This document shows positions 1-8,407 of a stretch of DNA of 33,877 nucleotides, one piece after another. The notes under the pieces are model-generated. The model did not search any database. It had not been told where the DNA came from and saw nothing but the letters and a program-made list of their open reading frames with translations. The stretch is from Klebsiella pneumoniae. Its GTDB lineage: Bacteria > Pseudomonadota > Gammaproteobacteria > Ga0077536. Location: NCBI GenBank assembly GCA_945873015.1, contig CAMCBY010000003.1:1-33877 (forward strand), in the 5' to 3' direction. Each line of letters opens with the position of its first letter. The stretch's first letter is position 1. The translations under genes were made by a program, and so were the position numbers.

Positions 1-92
1 GCGAGATGAATGGGCTCGATGCTCATGGTGGCTGCGACGTTATTATTCCAGCCTCGAACGGCCAGATCCAGGCAGTTCAAACCTGCCGCGCC

Positions 93-722
93 CTACTGCA
101 ATTCAGCCACATGCGACACATCGCCGAGACCTTGGCGGACCAATACAGGTGCCGGTCCGGTGAGGTCGATGATGGTGGTCGTCTCGATGCCGACCGCGCC
201 CGCGTCGAACACCGCATCGACGGCATGACCGAGTACCTCGACAATTTCCTCGGGGTCGGCAAATGGCAGACCGGCGTCGTCATCGATGACGGTCGAAGCG
301 AGCAACGGCGAGCTGTTTGCCAGCAACGCTTGAATGAACGGATGATCGACGATACGCAGACCTACCGTACGCCGCTTTTCGTCCTGCAGACGCCGCGGCG
401 TCTCGCGTGTGGCGGGCAGGATGTAGGTGTAGGGCCCGGGGCTGAGGGTCTTCATGAGGCGAAATGCATCGTTGCTGACCTTGGCGTAGGTCGCGACTTC
501 GGCCGCGTCGCGGCATAACAATGTCAGATGATGGTCGCGCGCCAGACGCCGAATCGCCCGCAGGCGGTCTTCCGGCGCCTTCTCACCCGCAGCGCAGAGC
601 AGCGAATAACAAGCATCGGTCGGTGCGATGACCACGCCGCCACCGGCAATGATGTCGGCGGCCTGGCTGATCAAACGCGCTTGAGGATGCGTGGGATGAA
701 CGCGGATATGCAGCGATTTCAT
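93..722 (-). CDS. yciO: Sua5/YciO/YrdC family protein (YciO-like)
   Basis: 209 aa. N-terminal HPTHPQARLISQAADII..GGVVIAPTDACY, plus PGPYTYILPATRETPRRL and TTTIIDLT, match the YciO subgroup. Confidence 0.85.
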   Translation of the reverse strand: MKSLHIRVHPTHPQARLISQAADIIAGGGVVIAPTDACYSLLCAAGEKAPEDRLRAIRRLARDHHLTLLCRDAAEVATYAKVSNDAFRLMKTLSPGPYTYILPATRETPRRLQDEKRRTVGLRIVDHPFIQALLANSSPLLASTVIDDDAGLPFADPEEIVEVLGHAVDAVFDAGAVGIETTTIIDLTGPAPVLVRQGLGDVSHVAELQ

Positions 723-920
723 GGGTGTTCGGTGAGTTGAGTGCGCGGCGTGGGCCGGCGACGCGCGAGCGCTGCGAGACCGGCACTATTGCGCTTGGAC
801 TTCTGGTCTTGTGCACGTCGATGAGGCACACTGAGCCGGCACCACGAGCAGTGCGAGTCTAACAGCCATCGAACCCGAAGCCACTATGTTTCCTGCGCGG
901 CATTGCCGTGGAGATGTGCC

Positions 921-1202
921 GTGACGGACGCGCCAGCCACGCGTGTCGCGCGCATTCGTGCCGCCCTTGAGGCGGCGCTCGCTCCAAGCGAACTCGCAGT
1001 CATCGATGACAGCCAGGCCCATGCCGGCCATGCCGGCGCACTGACGGGCAAAGGCCATTTCCGCGTGACCATCGTCGCGCCCTGCTTTGCCGGTATCGCG
1101 CCCTTGAAGCGGCATCGCATGGTCTATGCAGCCGTCGATGCCTTGATGAGCAGCGACATTCATGCCCTCAGCATCGACGCCCGCGCCCCCGATCAAGCCT
1201 GA
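921..1202 (+). CDS. bolA: BolA family protein
   Basis: DDSQAHAGHAGA..GHFRVTIV..F.G...LKRHRMVY..L....IHALSI motif. GTG start at 921 chosen because GGAG lies at 910-913. Confidence 0.9.
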   Translation: MTDAPATRVARIRAALEAALAPSELAVIDDSQAHAGHAGALTGKGHFRVTIVAPCFAGIAPLKRHRMVYAAVDALMSSDIHALSIDARAPDQA

Positions 1203-2001
1203 CCCGCGTGCCCTGCGTGAGGTCTGGCGTGGCCGCGACGGCGCGTCGCGCCTGCTGCGCGGCGACCATCTTGATTTACTCACCAGCCTGCCGGCCGAAT
1301 CGGTCGACTGCATCTGGACCGACCCACCCTACTTTCTGTCGAACGGTGGCACCACCTGCCACGCCGGTAAACGGGTGGCCGTGCACAAGGGCGCGTGGGA
1401 TCAGAGTCAGGGTGTAGCGGCGGACCATGCCTTCAATCGCGCCTGGCTCGCCGAATGCCGGCGGGTCTTGAAGCCGAGCGGCACCATCTGGGTCAGTGGC
1501 ACCCATCACGTCTATCTGTCGGTGGGTATGGCCTTGATGGAGCTCGGCTACCGCCTGCTCAACGATATCGTGTGGGAAAAGCCCAATCCGCCGCCCAATC
1601 TCGGTTGTCGCTGTTTCACCCACGCGACCGAGATGATCCTGTGGGCGAGCAAGGCGGCCAAGGGTTCGAATGACCGTTACACCTTCAACTACGCGGACAT
1701 GAAAAGCGCAAACGACGGCCGCCAGATGAAAAACGTGTGGCGCTTCACCGCCCCCGGTAGTGGTGAAAAGAGTCACGGCAAACATCCGACGCAAAAACCG
1801 CTGGCCTTGGTCGAACGCTGCCTGTTGGCCAGCACGCTGCCGGGTGATGTGGTGCTCGATCCGTTTGCCGGCTCGGCCTCCACCGGCGTCGCCGCCCTCG
1901 CGCACGGCCGTCAATTCATCGGCGCCGAGATCGACGCCGATTATTGCAAGCTCGCCAGCAAACGGCTGAAGGCCGCCGAACTCGCTTGGTCACACGAATA
2001 G
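1162..2001 (+). CDS. Orphan beta-class N6-adenine/N4-cytosine DNA methyltransferase (DpnA/CcrM-like)
   Basis: Catalytic DPPY (WTDPPYFLSNGG) is N-terminal, followed by HPTQKP and the SAM-binding VLDPFAGS motif, i.e. beta-class motif order. Overlaps bolA by 41 nt and ends 4 nt before dapE. Confidence 0.9.
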   Translation: MPSASTPAPPIKPDPRALREVWRGRDGASRLLRGDHLDLLTSLPAESVDCIWTDPPYFLSNGGTTCHAGKRVAVHKGAWDQSQGVAADHAFNRAWLAECRRVLKPSGTIWVSGTHHVYLSVGMALMELGYRLLNDIVWEKPNPPPNLGCRCFTHATEMILWASKAAKGSNDRYTFNYADMKSANDGRQMKNVWRFTAPGSGEKSHGKHPTQKPLALVERCLLASTLPGDVVLDPFAGSASTGVAALAHGRQFIGAEIDADYCKLASKRLKAAELAWSHE

Positions 2002-2005
2002 AACA

Positions 2006-3136
2006 ATGAATCCGACCCTCGAATTGACCCGCGCGCTGATTGCCTGCCCGTCGGTCACCCCGGCTGACGCTGGTTGCCTGGACATCATCGAAGCCCGCTT
2101 GCGGCCGCTCGGGTTCGACTGCCTGCGTCTGCCCGCGAATGGCGTCGATAATTTATGGGCAGTGCGCGGTGCCGATGGCCCGTGTTTGGCCTTTGCCGGC
2201 CACACCGATGTGGTCCCGCCCGGTCCGCTCGACGCATGGACCCGCCCGCCGTTTGAACCGCAGGTGGTCGATGGCAAGTTGTGGGGCCGCGGCGCGGCTG
2301 ACATGAAGGGCAGTCTGGCGGCGATGGTGGTGGCGGTCGAACGTTTCGTTGCCGAACATCCCGACCACGCGGGACGCATCGCGGTCATGTTCACTTCGGA
2401 TGAAGAAGGGCCGGCCACCGATGGCACTCTGCGCATTGTCCAGTACCTGCGCGAGCAGGCCATCAAGGTCGACTGGTGTATCGTCGGTGAGCCGAGCAGC
2501 CATCTGCGCCTCGGCGACACGGTGCGGGTCGGCCGTCGCGGCTCGCTCAACGGGCGCCTGCAGGTGCGGGGCGTGCAAGGCCATGTGGCCTATCCCGAAC
2601 GCGCGGACAACCCGGTGCATCGCGCACTCGCCGCGCTGGGTGAACTCGCAGCGCGGCGCTGGGACGAAGGCAATGCCTTCTACCCGCCGACCTCGTTTCA
2701 GATCTCCAATATCAATGCCGGCACCGGTGCCGAGAATGTCATTCCCGGCAGCCTTGAGGTGTGGTTCAACTTCCGCTACTGCACCGAACAGACCGAAAAC
2801 GGCTTACGTGCGGCGGTGCACGAGACCCTTGACCGCCATGGCTTGGGCTATGAACTCGCCTGGCATTTGTCCGGCGCGCCATTCCTGACCGCCGGCGGGC
2901 GTCTGGTTGAAGTCGTACAACAAGTTTTAAAAACCCGGCTCGACGTTGTGCCGGAACTGTCTACCGGCGGCGGCACGTCGGACGGGCGCTTCATCGCCCC
3001 ACTCGGCGTAGAAGTGGTGGAACTCGGCCCGAACAACGCCAGTATTCACAAGATTGACGAATGGGTAGAGGTCGCGGAGCTGGATGCCCTCGCGCAGGTT
3101 TACCAGGGCATTCTGGCCGGTCTGCTGACGACCTGA
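2006..3136 (+). CDS. dapE: Succinyl-diaminopimelate desuccinylase
   Basis: FAGHTDVVP, GRGAADMKGSLAAM, TSDEEG, GRRGSL, GHVAYP, GGGTSDGRFI and IHKIDE motifs; 376 aa. Confidence 0.95.
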   Translation: MNPTLELTRALIACPSVTPADAGCLDIIEARLRPLGFDCLRLPANGVDNLWAVRGADGPCLAFAGHTDVVPPGPLDAWTRPPFEPQVVDGKLWGRGAADMKGSLAAMVVAVERFVAEHPDHAGRIAVMFTSDEEGPATDGTLRIVQYLREQAIKVDWCIVGEPSSHLRLGDTVRVGRRGSLNGRLQVRGVQGHVAYPERADNPVHRALAALGELAARRWDEGNAFYPPTSFQISNINAGTGAENVIPGSLEVWFNFRYCTEQTENGLRAAVHETLDRHGLGYELAWHLSGAPFLTAGGRLVEVVQQVLKTRLDVVPELSTGGGTSDGRFIAPLGVEVVELGPNNASIHKIDEWVEVAELDALAQVYQGILAGLLTT

Positions 3137-3169
3137 GGGGTACCACACAAAAAGCGCGCACCAGACGCG

Positions 3170-3196
3170 ACAACGCCGGCACGAGGCCGGCGTTGT
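3170..3196. terminator. Hairpin between convergent dapE and aceA (probable terminator)
   Basis: Perfect 11-bp stem ACAACGCCGGC / GCCGGCGTTGT with a 5-nt loop; no long U tract. Confidence 0.55.
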
Positions 3197-3218
3197 GCTA
3201 TCTCAAAGGGCGATTCGA

Positions 3219-4517
3219 TCAGCCGTGCGCGGACTTGTCGAACTGCTCTTCTTCGGTCGAACCGGTCAGCGCGGTGACCGAGGACTTGCCGCCCTGGATC
3301 ACGGTGGTGACGTCGTCGAAGTAACCCGCACCCACTTCCTGCTGGTGGCTGGCGAAGGTGTAACCGCGCTTGGAAGCGGCAAATTCCTTTTCCTGCACCA
3401 TTTCCACGTAAGCGGTCATGCCCTGCTTCACGTAGTTCTCGGCCAAGTCGAACATGTTGTACCACATGTTGTGGATACCGGCCAAAGTGATGAACTGGTA
3501 CTTGTAACCCATCGCACCCAGCTCGCGCTGGAACTTGGCAATGGAGGCATCATCGAGGTTCTTCTTCCAGTTGAACGACGGTGAGCAGTTGTAGGCCAGC
3601 AACTGGTCAGGGAACTGCTTCTTGATCGCTTCAGCGAAGCGCTTGGCCTCGTCCATGTCCGGCACCGCAGTTTCACACCACAGGAGATCCGCGTAGGGCG
3701 CATAGGCCAGACCGCGCGAGATAGCCTGGTCGATACCAGCGCGAGTCACGTAAAAACCTTCCGCGGTACGCTCACCGGTGATGAACGCATGGTCGTTCTC
3801 GTCGATGTCGGTGGTCAGCAGGTTGGCGGCATTGGCGTCGGTACGAGCCAGCACCACGGTCGGCACACCCTGCACGTCAGCCGCGAGACGCGCGGCGACC
3901 AGTTTCTGCACAGCTTCCTGAGTCGGCACCAGCACTTTGCCACCCATGTGGCCGCACTTCTTGACGGACGCGAGCTGGTCCTCGAAATGCACACCGGCTG
4001 CGCCTGCTTCGATCATGTTCTTCATGAGTTCGAAGGCGTTCAGCACGCCACCGAAGCCTGCTTCGGCGTCGGCCACGATTGGAATGAAGTAGTCGGTCTT
4101 GCCACCGCCCTTCTGCCACTGGATTTCGTCAGCACGCTTGAAAGCATTGTTGATGCGGCGAACCATGGTCGGCACGGAGTCAACGGCGTACAGCGACTGG
4201 TCGGGGTACATGGTTTCGGAGGTGTTGCCATCGGCTGCGACCTGCCAGCCAGACAGGTAGATGGCCTTGATACCGGCCTTGACCTGCTGGACAGCCTGGC
4301 CGCCGGTCAGGGCGCCGAGGCAGGGCACGAAGTCTTCGGTGTTGACCAGATCCCACAGCTTCTCGGCACCGCGACGGGCCAGGGTGTGCTCGATCTGAAC
4401 GCTGCCACGCAGGCGTACCACGTCTTCCGCTGAGTAGGGGCGGGTGATGCCCTTCCAACGCGGGTTGGTGGCCCAATCCTGCTTGAGCTGCTTCGCTTGA
4501 TCCTCGAATGACGACAT
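3219..4517 (-). CDS. aceA: Isocitrate lyase
   Basis: [11 protein letters not shown] active-site signature, [28 protein letters not shown]; short 432-aa type. Confidence 0.97.
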   Translation of the reverse strand: MSSFEDQAKQLKQDWATNPRWKGITRPYSAEDVVRLRGSVQIEHTLARRGAEKLWDLVNTEDFVPCLGALTGGQAVQQVKAGIKAIYLSGWQVAADGNTSETMYPDQSLYAVDSVPTMVRRINNAFKRADEIQWQKGGGKTDYFIPIVADAEAGFGGVLNAFELMKNMIEAGAAGVHFEDQLASVKKCGHMGGKVLVPTQEAVQKLVAARLAADVQGVPTVVLARTDANAANLLTTDIDENDHAFITGERTAEGFYVTRAGIDQAISRGLAYAPYADLLWCETAVPDMDEAKRFAEAIKKQFPDQLLAYNCSPSFNWKKNLDDASIAKFQRELGAMGYKYQFITLAGIHNMWYNMFDLAENYVKQGMTAYVEMVQEKEFAASKRGYTFASHQQEVGAGYFDDVTTVIQGGKSSVTALTGSTEEEQFDKSAHG

Positions 4518-4653
4518 GCTCGTGTACTCCTGCCAATGTCTCTAGATAGATAAGAATCGTGAGCCTCACACGTCACGCTGGGACGAAGCTCGGTGTCCGG
4601 TCGGCGCGCCGCTCAGCAGTAGTCGCAAGGGGGGCTGGCGCCTGAGGGCGCGG

Positions 4654-4682
4654 ATGGTAATCCCCCCCGCCTGTACCGGCAA
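4654..4682 (-). promoter_or_regulatory. Putative sigma70 promoter for aceA (proximal)
   Basis: Minus strand TTGCCG-17 nt-TACCAT followed by a GC-rich discriminator-like CCGCGCCC. Confidence 0.45.
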
Positions 4683-4805
4683 GGAATTGCGCTGGAAAAC
4701 GTCGACTTCTGCGCGCCGCGACGTGGGCGGTCGCGATGATCTGAATCTCAGGCCGCTGCCGGCCTGAAGCTGACGCGGCGCATGGCGCCGCGCAGAGCGG
4801 TCCGC

Positions 4806-4834
4806 AAAGTACGTTGCACTGCACCAAGTGTCAA
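4806..4834 (-). promoter_or_regulatory. Putative sigma70 promoter towards aceA (distal), with a PhaR-like box in the spacer
   Basis: Minus strand TTGACA-17 nt-TACTTT; the spacer contains TGCACTGCACCA (+ strand 4815-4826). Confidence 0.5.
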
Positions 4835-4987
4835 TCGGCCCCGATCAAAATTGACAATCAGCCGCACTCTCGGCCAAGGTGGCGAGGTCGCACGGGTACC
4901 CCGCGCCCCGCCGCGCTCGCCTCGCGCCGCGAGCCATCAACCGCACAAAACTGCGGTTATTCAGTACCTCTGCCCGGGCCGTGGCCA

Positions 4988-5017
4988 TTTACGCGGGTCA
5001 CCCGGAACGTATAAATT
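4988..5017 (+). promoter_or_regulatory. Putative sigma70 promoter for clpS-clpA
   Basis: TTTACG-16 nt-TATAAA(TT), about 55 nt upstream of the clpS ATG. Confidence 0.35.
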
Positions 5018-5070
5018 CACCACAGGTCCGACACGCCAGTGGCGGGCCTGCCAGTGTATGACGATGAGCC

Positions 5071-5394
5071 ATGTCCAATCAGCCCGCACACCACCGTGAA
5101 TCCGGCGTCGCGCTTCAGGAAGCGCAGCCTAAACTCAAAAAACCACCGCTCTACCGGGTGGTGATGTTGAATGACGACTACACGCCCATGGAATTCGTGG
5201 TGCATGTATTGGAGAAATTCTTCCAGTTGAACCGACCGACCGCGACACGGGTCATGTTGGAAGTGCATACACAAGGGAAAGGTGTGTGCGGTATATTCAC
5301 CCACGAGATAGCCGAAACCAAGGTGGCGCAAGTCAATACCTACGCGCGCGATAACGAGCATCCGTTATTGTGTACGCTCGAACTCGACTCGTGA
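5071..5394 (+). CDS. clpS: ATP-dependent Clp protease adaptor ClpS
   Basis: [20 protein letters not shown]..., [26 protein letters not shown]. Confidence 0.97.
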   Translation: MSNQPAHHRESGVALQEAQPKLKKPPLYRVVMLNDDYTPMEFVVHVLEKFFQLNRPTATRVMLEVHTQGKGVCGIFTHEIAETKVAQVNTYARDNEHPLLCTLELDS

Positions 5395-5416
5395 CCTGCC
5401 AATAGAGGACGCCGCC

Positions 5417-7681
5417 GTGCTTAGCAAAGAACTCGAAGTCACGCTCAACATGGCCTTCAAGGAGGCCCGCGAGCAGCGCCACGAATTCATGACCGTCGAG
5501 CATCTGCTGCTGGCACTGCTGGACAACCCGACCGCAGCCAAGGTCCTGCGCGCCTGCGGCGGGGATCTGAATGCCCTGCGCCGGCAACTGCTCGAATTCA
5601 TTCGTGAGTCCTCGCCGCTGTTGCCGGAAGACGAAGACCGCGATACCCAACCGACCTTGGGTTTCCAGCGCGTTCTGCAGCGCGCAGTGTTTCATGTGCA
5701 GTCCTCGGGCAAGAAGGAAGTGAACGGCGCCAATGTGCTGGTCGCGATCTTCGGCGAGCGTGAATCGCACGCCGTGTATCTGCTCAATCAGCAGAACATC
5801 GCGCGCCTTGATGTGGTGAACTGCATTTCCCACGGCATCTCCAAGGTCAACGAAGAAGAGAACAACGAAGAGGTCAATCAGCCGCCGGAGGAAGAAACCG
5901 AGCAGGGCGAAACGACCAATAACGCGCTGACGGCCTATTGCACCAACCTCAACGAGCAGGCGGTGGCCGGCAAGATAGACCCGCTCATCGGGCGTCAGGA
6001 AGAAGTCGAACGTACCATCCAGATCCTGTGCCGCCGCCGTAAGAACAATCCCTTGTTCGTCGGTGAAGCCGGCGTCGGCAAGACCGCCATTGCAGAAGGT
6101 CTGGCCAAGATGATCGTCGATGGCGAAGTGCCGGAAGTGATCGCGAACTCGACCATCTATTCGCTTGACTTAGGCGCTCTGCTGGCCGGCACCAAATACC
6201 GCGGCGACTTCGAAAAACGTTTGAAGAACGTACTGGCGCAACTCAAACGCGAGGAAGGCGCGGTGCTGTTCATCGACGAAATCCACACCATCATCGGTGC
6301 GGGTGCTGCTTCCGGCGGCGTGATGGACGCTTCCAATCTCATCAAGCCCATGCTCGCCTCGGGCGATCTGAAATGTATTGGCTCGACCACCTATCAGGAA
6401 TACCGCGGCATCTTCGAAAAAGATCGCGCACTCGCGCGCCGCTTCCAGAAGATAGACGTCGGTGAGCCCAGCGAAGACGAGGCGGTGAAGATTCTGCAGG
6501 GCCTGAAGTCGCGCTTTGAGGACCACCACGACGTGCGCTACACCAACCAGGCGCTGCGCTCGGCGGTGGAGTTGACCCATCGTTATATCAACGACCGTCA
6601 TCTGCCCGACAAAGCCATCGATATCATCGACGAAGCGGGTGCTCGCCAGCGCCTGTTACCGGCCTCCAAACGTCGCAAGACCATTGGTGTGAGCGACATC
6701 GAGGAAATCGTCGCGAAGATCGCGCGCATTCCCCCGAAAGCCGTGTCGACTTCGGATCGCGGTGTACTGAAGAATCTCGAACGGGATCTCAAGATGGTGG
6801 TGTTCGGTCAGAACGCCGCGATCGAAGGCCTGGCAGCGGCCATCAAGATGTCGCGGTCGGGGCTCGGCCACACCGAGAAACCCATCGGTTCGTTCCTGTT
6901 CGCGGGCCCGACCGGCGTCGGCAAAACCGAAGTCACGCGCCAACTCGCGCGCATCATGGGCATCGAACTGATTCGCTTCGACATGTCCGAATATATGGAA
7001 CGGCACACGGTATCGCGCCTGATCGGCGCGCCGCCCGGCTACATCGGCTTTGATACCGGCGGCCTGTTGACCGAAGCCGTGAACAAGCAACCCCATGCGG
7101 TGTTGCTGTTGGACGAAATGGAAAAGGCCCACCCCGATGTGTTCAACATCATGCTGCAGGTCATGGACCACGGCACCCTGACTGACACCAACGGGCGCAA
7201 GGCGGATTTCCGCAATGTCATCATCGTCATGACCACCAACGCCGGTGCCGAGCGCATGAGCCGTGCGTCCGTCGGGTTTACCCGCCAGGACCACAGCGCC
7301 GATGCAATGGGTGAGATCAAACGCATGTTCAGCCCGGAATTCCGCAACCGGCTCGACGCCATCATCGAATTCAGTGCCTTGGCTGCTGACACTATCGGGC
7401 ATGTGGTGGACAAATTCCTGGTCGAGCTCGAAACCCAGCTCGATGCCAAGAAGGTCACGATGGAAGTCGACGCCTCCGCGCGCCTGTGGCTGGCTGAGCA
7501 TGGTTACGATCCGATCATGGGAGCGCGCCCGATGGCGCGTCTCATCCAGGACAAGATCAAGAAGTCGCTGGCCGAGGACATCCTGTTCGGGCGCCTCGCC
7601 AATGGAGGCCATGTGATCATCACCATCAAGGACGACGACATTGCAGTCGAGTTCGAACAAGAGACCGAACAGGCAACCTGA
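5417..7681 (+). CDS. clpA: ATP-dependent Clp protease ATP-binding subunit ClpA
   Basis: GTG start after GAGG. Two AAA+ modules ([16 protein letters not shown]) and [13 protein letters not shown] at the N-terminus; follows clpS. Confidence 0.97.
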   Translation: MLSKELEVTLNMAFKEAREQRHEFMTVEHLLLALLDNPTAAKVLRACGGDLNALRRQLLEFIRESSPLLPEDEDRDTQPTLGFQRVLQRAVFHVQSSGKKEVNGANVLVAIFGERESHAVYLLNQQNIARLDVVNCISHGISKVNEEENNEEVNQPPEEETEQGETTNNALTAYCTNLNEQAVAGKIDPLIGRQEEVERTIQILCRRRKNNPLFVGEAGVGKTAIAEGLAKMIVDGEVPEVIANSTIYSLDLGALLAGTKYRGDFEKRLKNVLAQLKREEGAVLFIDEIHTIIGAGAASGGVMDASNLIKPMLASGDLKCIGSTTYQEYRGIFEKDRALARRFQKIDVGEPSEDEAVKILQGLKSRFEDHHDVRYTNQALRSAVELTHRYINDRHLPDKAIDIIDEAGARQRLLPASKRRKTIGVSDIEEIVAKIARIPPKAVSTSDRGVLKNLERDLKMVVFGQNAAIEGLAAAIKMSRSGLGHTEKPIGSFLFAGPTGVGKTEVTRQLARIMGIELIRFDMSEYMERHTVSRLIGAPPGYIGFDTGGLLTEAVNKQPHAVLLLDEMEKAHPDVFNIMLQVMDHGTLTDTNGRKADFRNVIIVMTTNAGAERMSRASVGFTRQDHSADAMGEIKRMFSPEFRNRLDAIIEFSALAADTIGHVVDKFLVELETQLDAKKVTMEVDASARLWLAEHGYDPIMGARPMARLIQDKIKKSLAEDILFGRLANGGHVIITIKDDDIAVEFEQETEQAT

Positions 7682-7704
7682 AAAATCCCATCATTGTTGA
7701 ACGG

Positions 7705-7733
7705 ACGGCGGCCCTCGGCCGCCGTTTTTTTTT
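7705..7733 (+). terminator. Rho-independent terminator after clpA
   Basis: ACGGCGGCC-CTC-GGCCGCCGT stem followed by a T run. Confidence 0.85.
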
Positions 7734-7761
7734 CCACCCTGGCGCAGCCACGGAGATGATC

Positions 7762-8280
7762 ATGGTGCAGAACGTCAAGCAGGTCGGCCCGCATACCTTT
7801 CGCGAAACTTTTGGCCGCTACTACGAGGATTTCGAGGTCGGACACATCTACCAGCACCGTCCCGGGCGCACCATAAGTGAAGTGGATAACACCTGGTTCA
7901 CCTTGTTGACCATGAATACCCACCCCCTGCACTTCGATGCCGAATACGCAAAAGCCTCGGAGTTCGGCAAGATTCTCGTCAACAGTGCGTTCACCGTATC
8001 GCTGGTGGTGGGTATGAGCGTCAGCGATGTCAGTCAGAAGGCAATCGCCAATCTCGGCTGGAAGGAAATCAAATTGCCGGCGCCGGTGTTTGTCGGCGAC
8101 ACCCTGTATGGGGAGTCGGAAGTATTGGCGAAGCGTGAATCAAACTCACGCCCAAACGCGGGCATTGTGACGGTGCGCACCTGGGGCAAGAAAAGCGACG
8201 GCACCATCGTGTGCGAGTTCGATCGCAACATGCTGATCCCGAAACGCGGACATGGGGTGGAAGATAAGGTCGAATACTGA
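7762..8280 (+). CDS. MaoC family (hotdog-fold) dehydratase / R-specific enoyl-CoA hydratase
   Basis: GRYYEDFEVG..HRPGRTI.EVDNTWFTLLTMNTHPLHFD..., PVFVGDTLY.ESEVL.KRES.SRP..GIVTVRT. ATG 7762 is better spaced from GGAG than ATG 7756. Confidence 0.85.
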   Translation: MVQNVKQVGPHTFRETFGRYYEDFEVGHIYQHRPGRTISEVDNTWFTLLTMNTHPLHFDAEYAKASEFGKILVNSAFTVSLVVGMSVSDVSQKAIANLGWKEIKLPAPVFVGDTLYGESEVLAKRESNSRPNAGIVTVRTWGKKSDGTIVCEFDRNMLIPKRGHGVEDKVEY

Positions 8281-8305
8281 GCGCGGCCAGCAATGCAATT
8301 TGGCA

Positions 8306-8393
8306 TTGTGGGTCAGACTTCAGTCTGACATTCAAATTCTCAATCGAGCCCTGAGCGTGCGCATCAAATGTCAGACTGAAGTCTGACCCACAA
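8306..8393. repeat. REP doublet (REPIN-like): 27-bp perfect inverted repeat with a 34-nt spacer
   Basis: TTGTGGGTCAGACTTCAGTCTGACATT (8306-8332) and its exact reverse complement (8367-8393). Each arm is GTGG followed by the internal palindrome GTCAGACT-TC-AGTCTGAC. Confidence 0.85.
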
Positions 8394-8407
8394 AACGGCG
8401 GGCGCTG

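Noticed and set aside
1-26. Possible start of a minus-strand gene (MSIEPIHL...) running off the window edge
   Set aside because: Only 8 codons are visible, so it cannot be supported or identified.
1162-2001. Complete restriction-modification system
   Set aside because: No endonuclease or specificity gene is adjacent; both neighbours are housekeeping genes.
4829-4856. TGTCAAT...ATTGACA inverted repeat as a pair of divergent -35 boxes
   Set aside because: The plus-strand TTGACA at 4851 has no credible -10 at 16-18 nt; only the minus-strand promoter is kept.
4573-5099. Short ORFs in the aceA-clpS intergenic region
   Set aside because: No recognisable motifs or RBS, Arg/Pro/Ala-rich composition typical of GC-rich non-coding frames, and they overlap predicted promoters.
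8306-8393. Mini CRISPR array (palindromic repeat with a 34-nt spacer)
   Set aside because: The two copies are inverted rather than direct, there are only two, and no cas genes are present; it fits a REP doublet.
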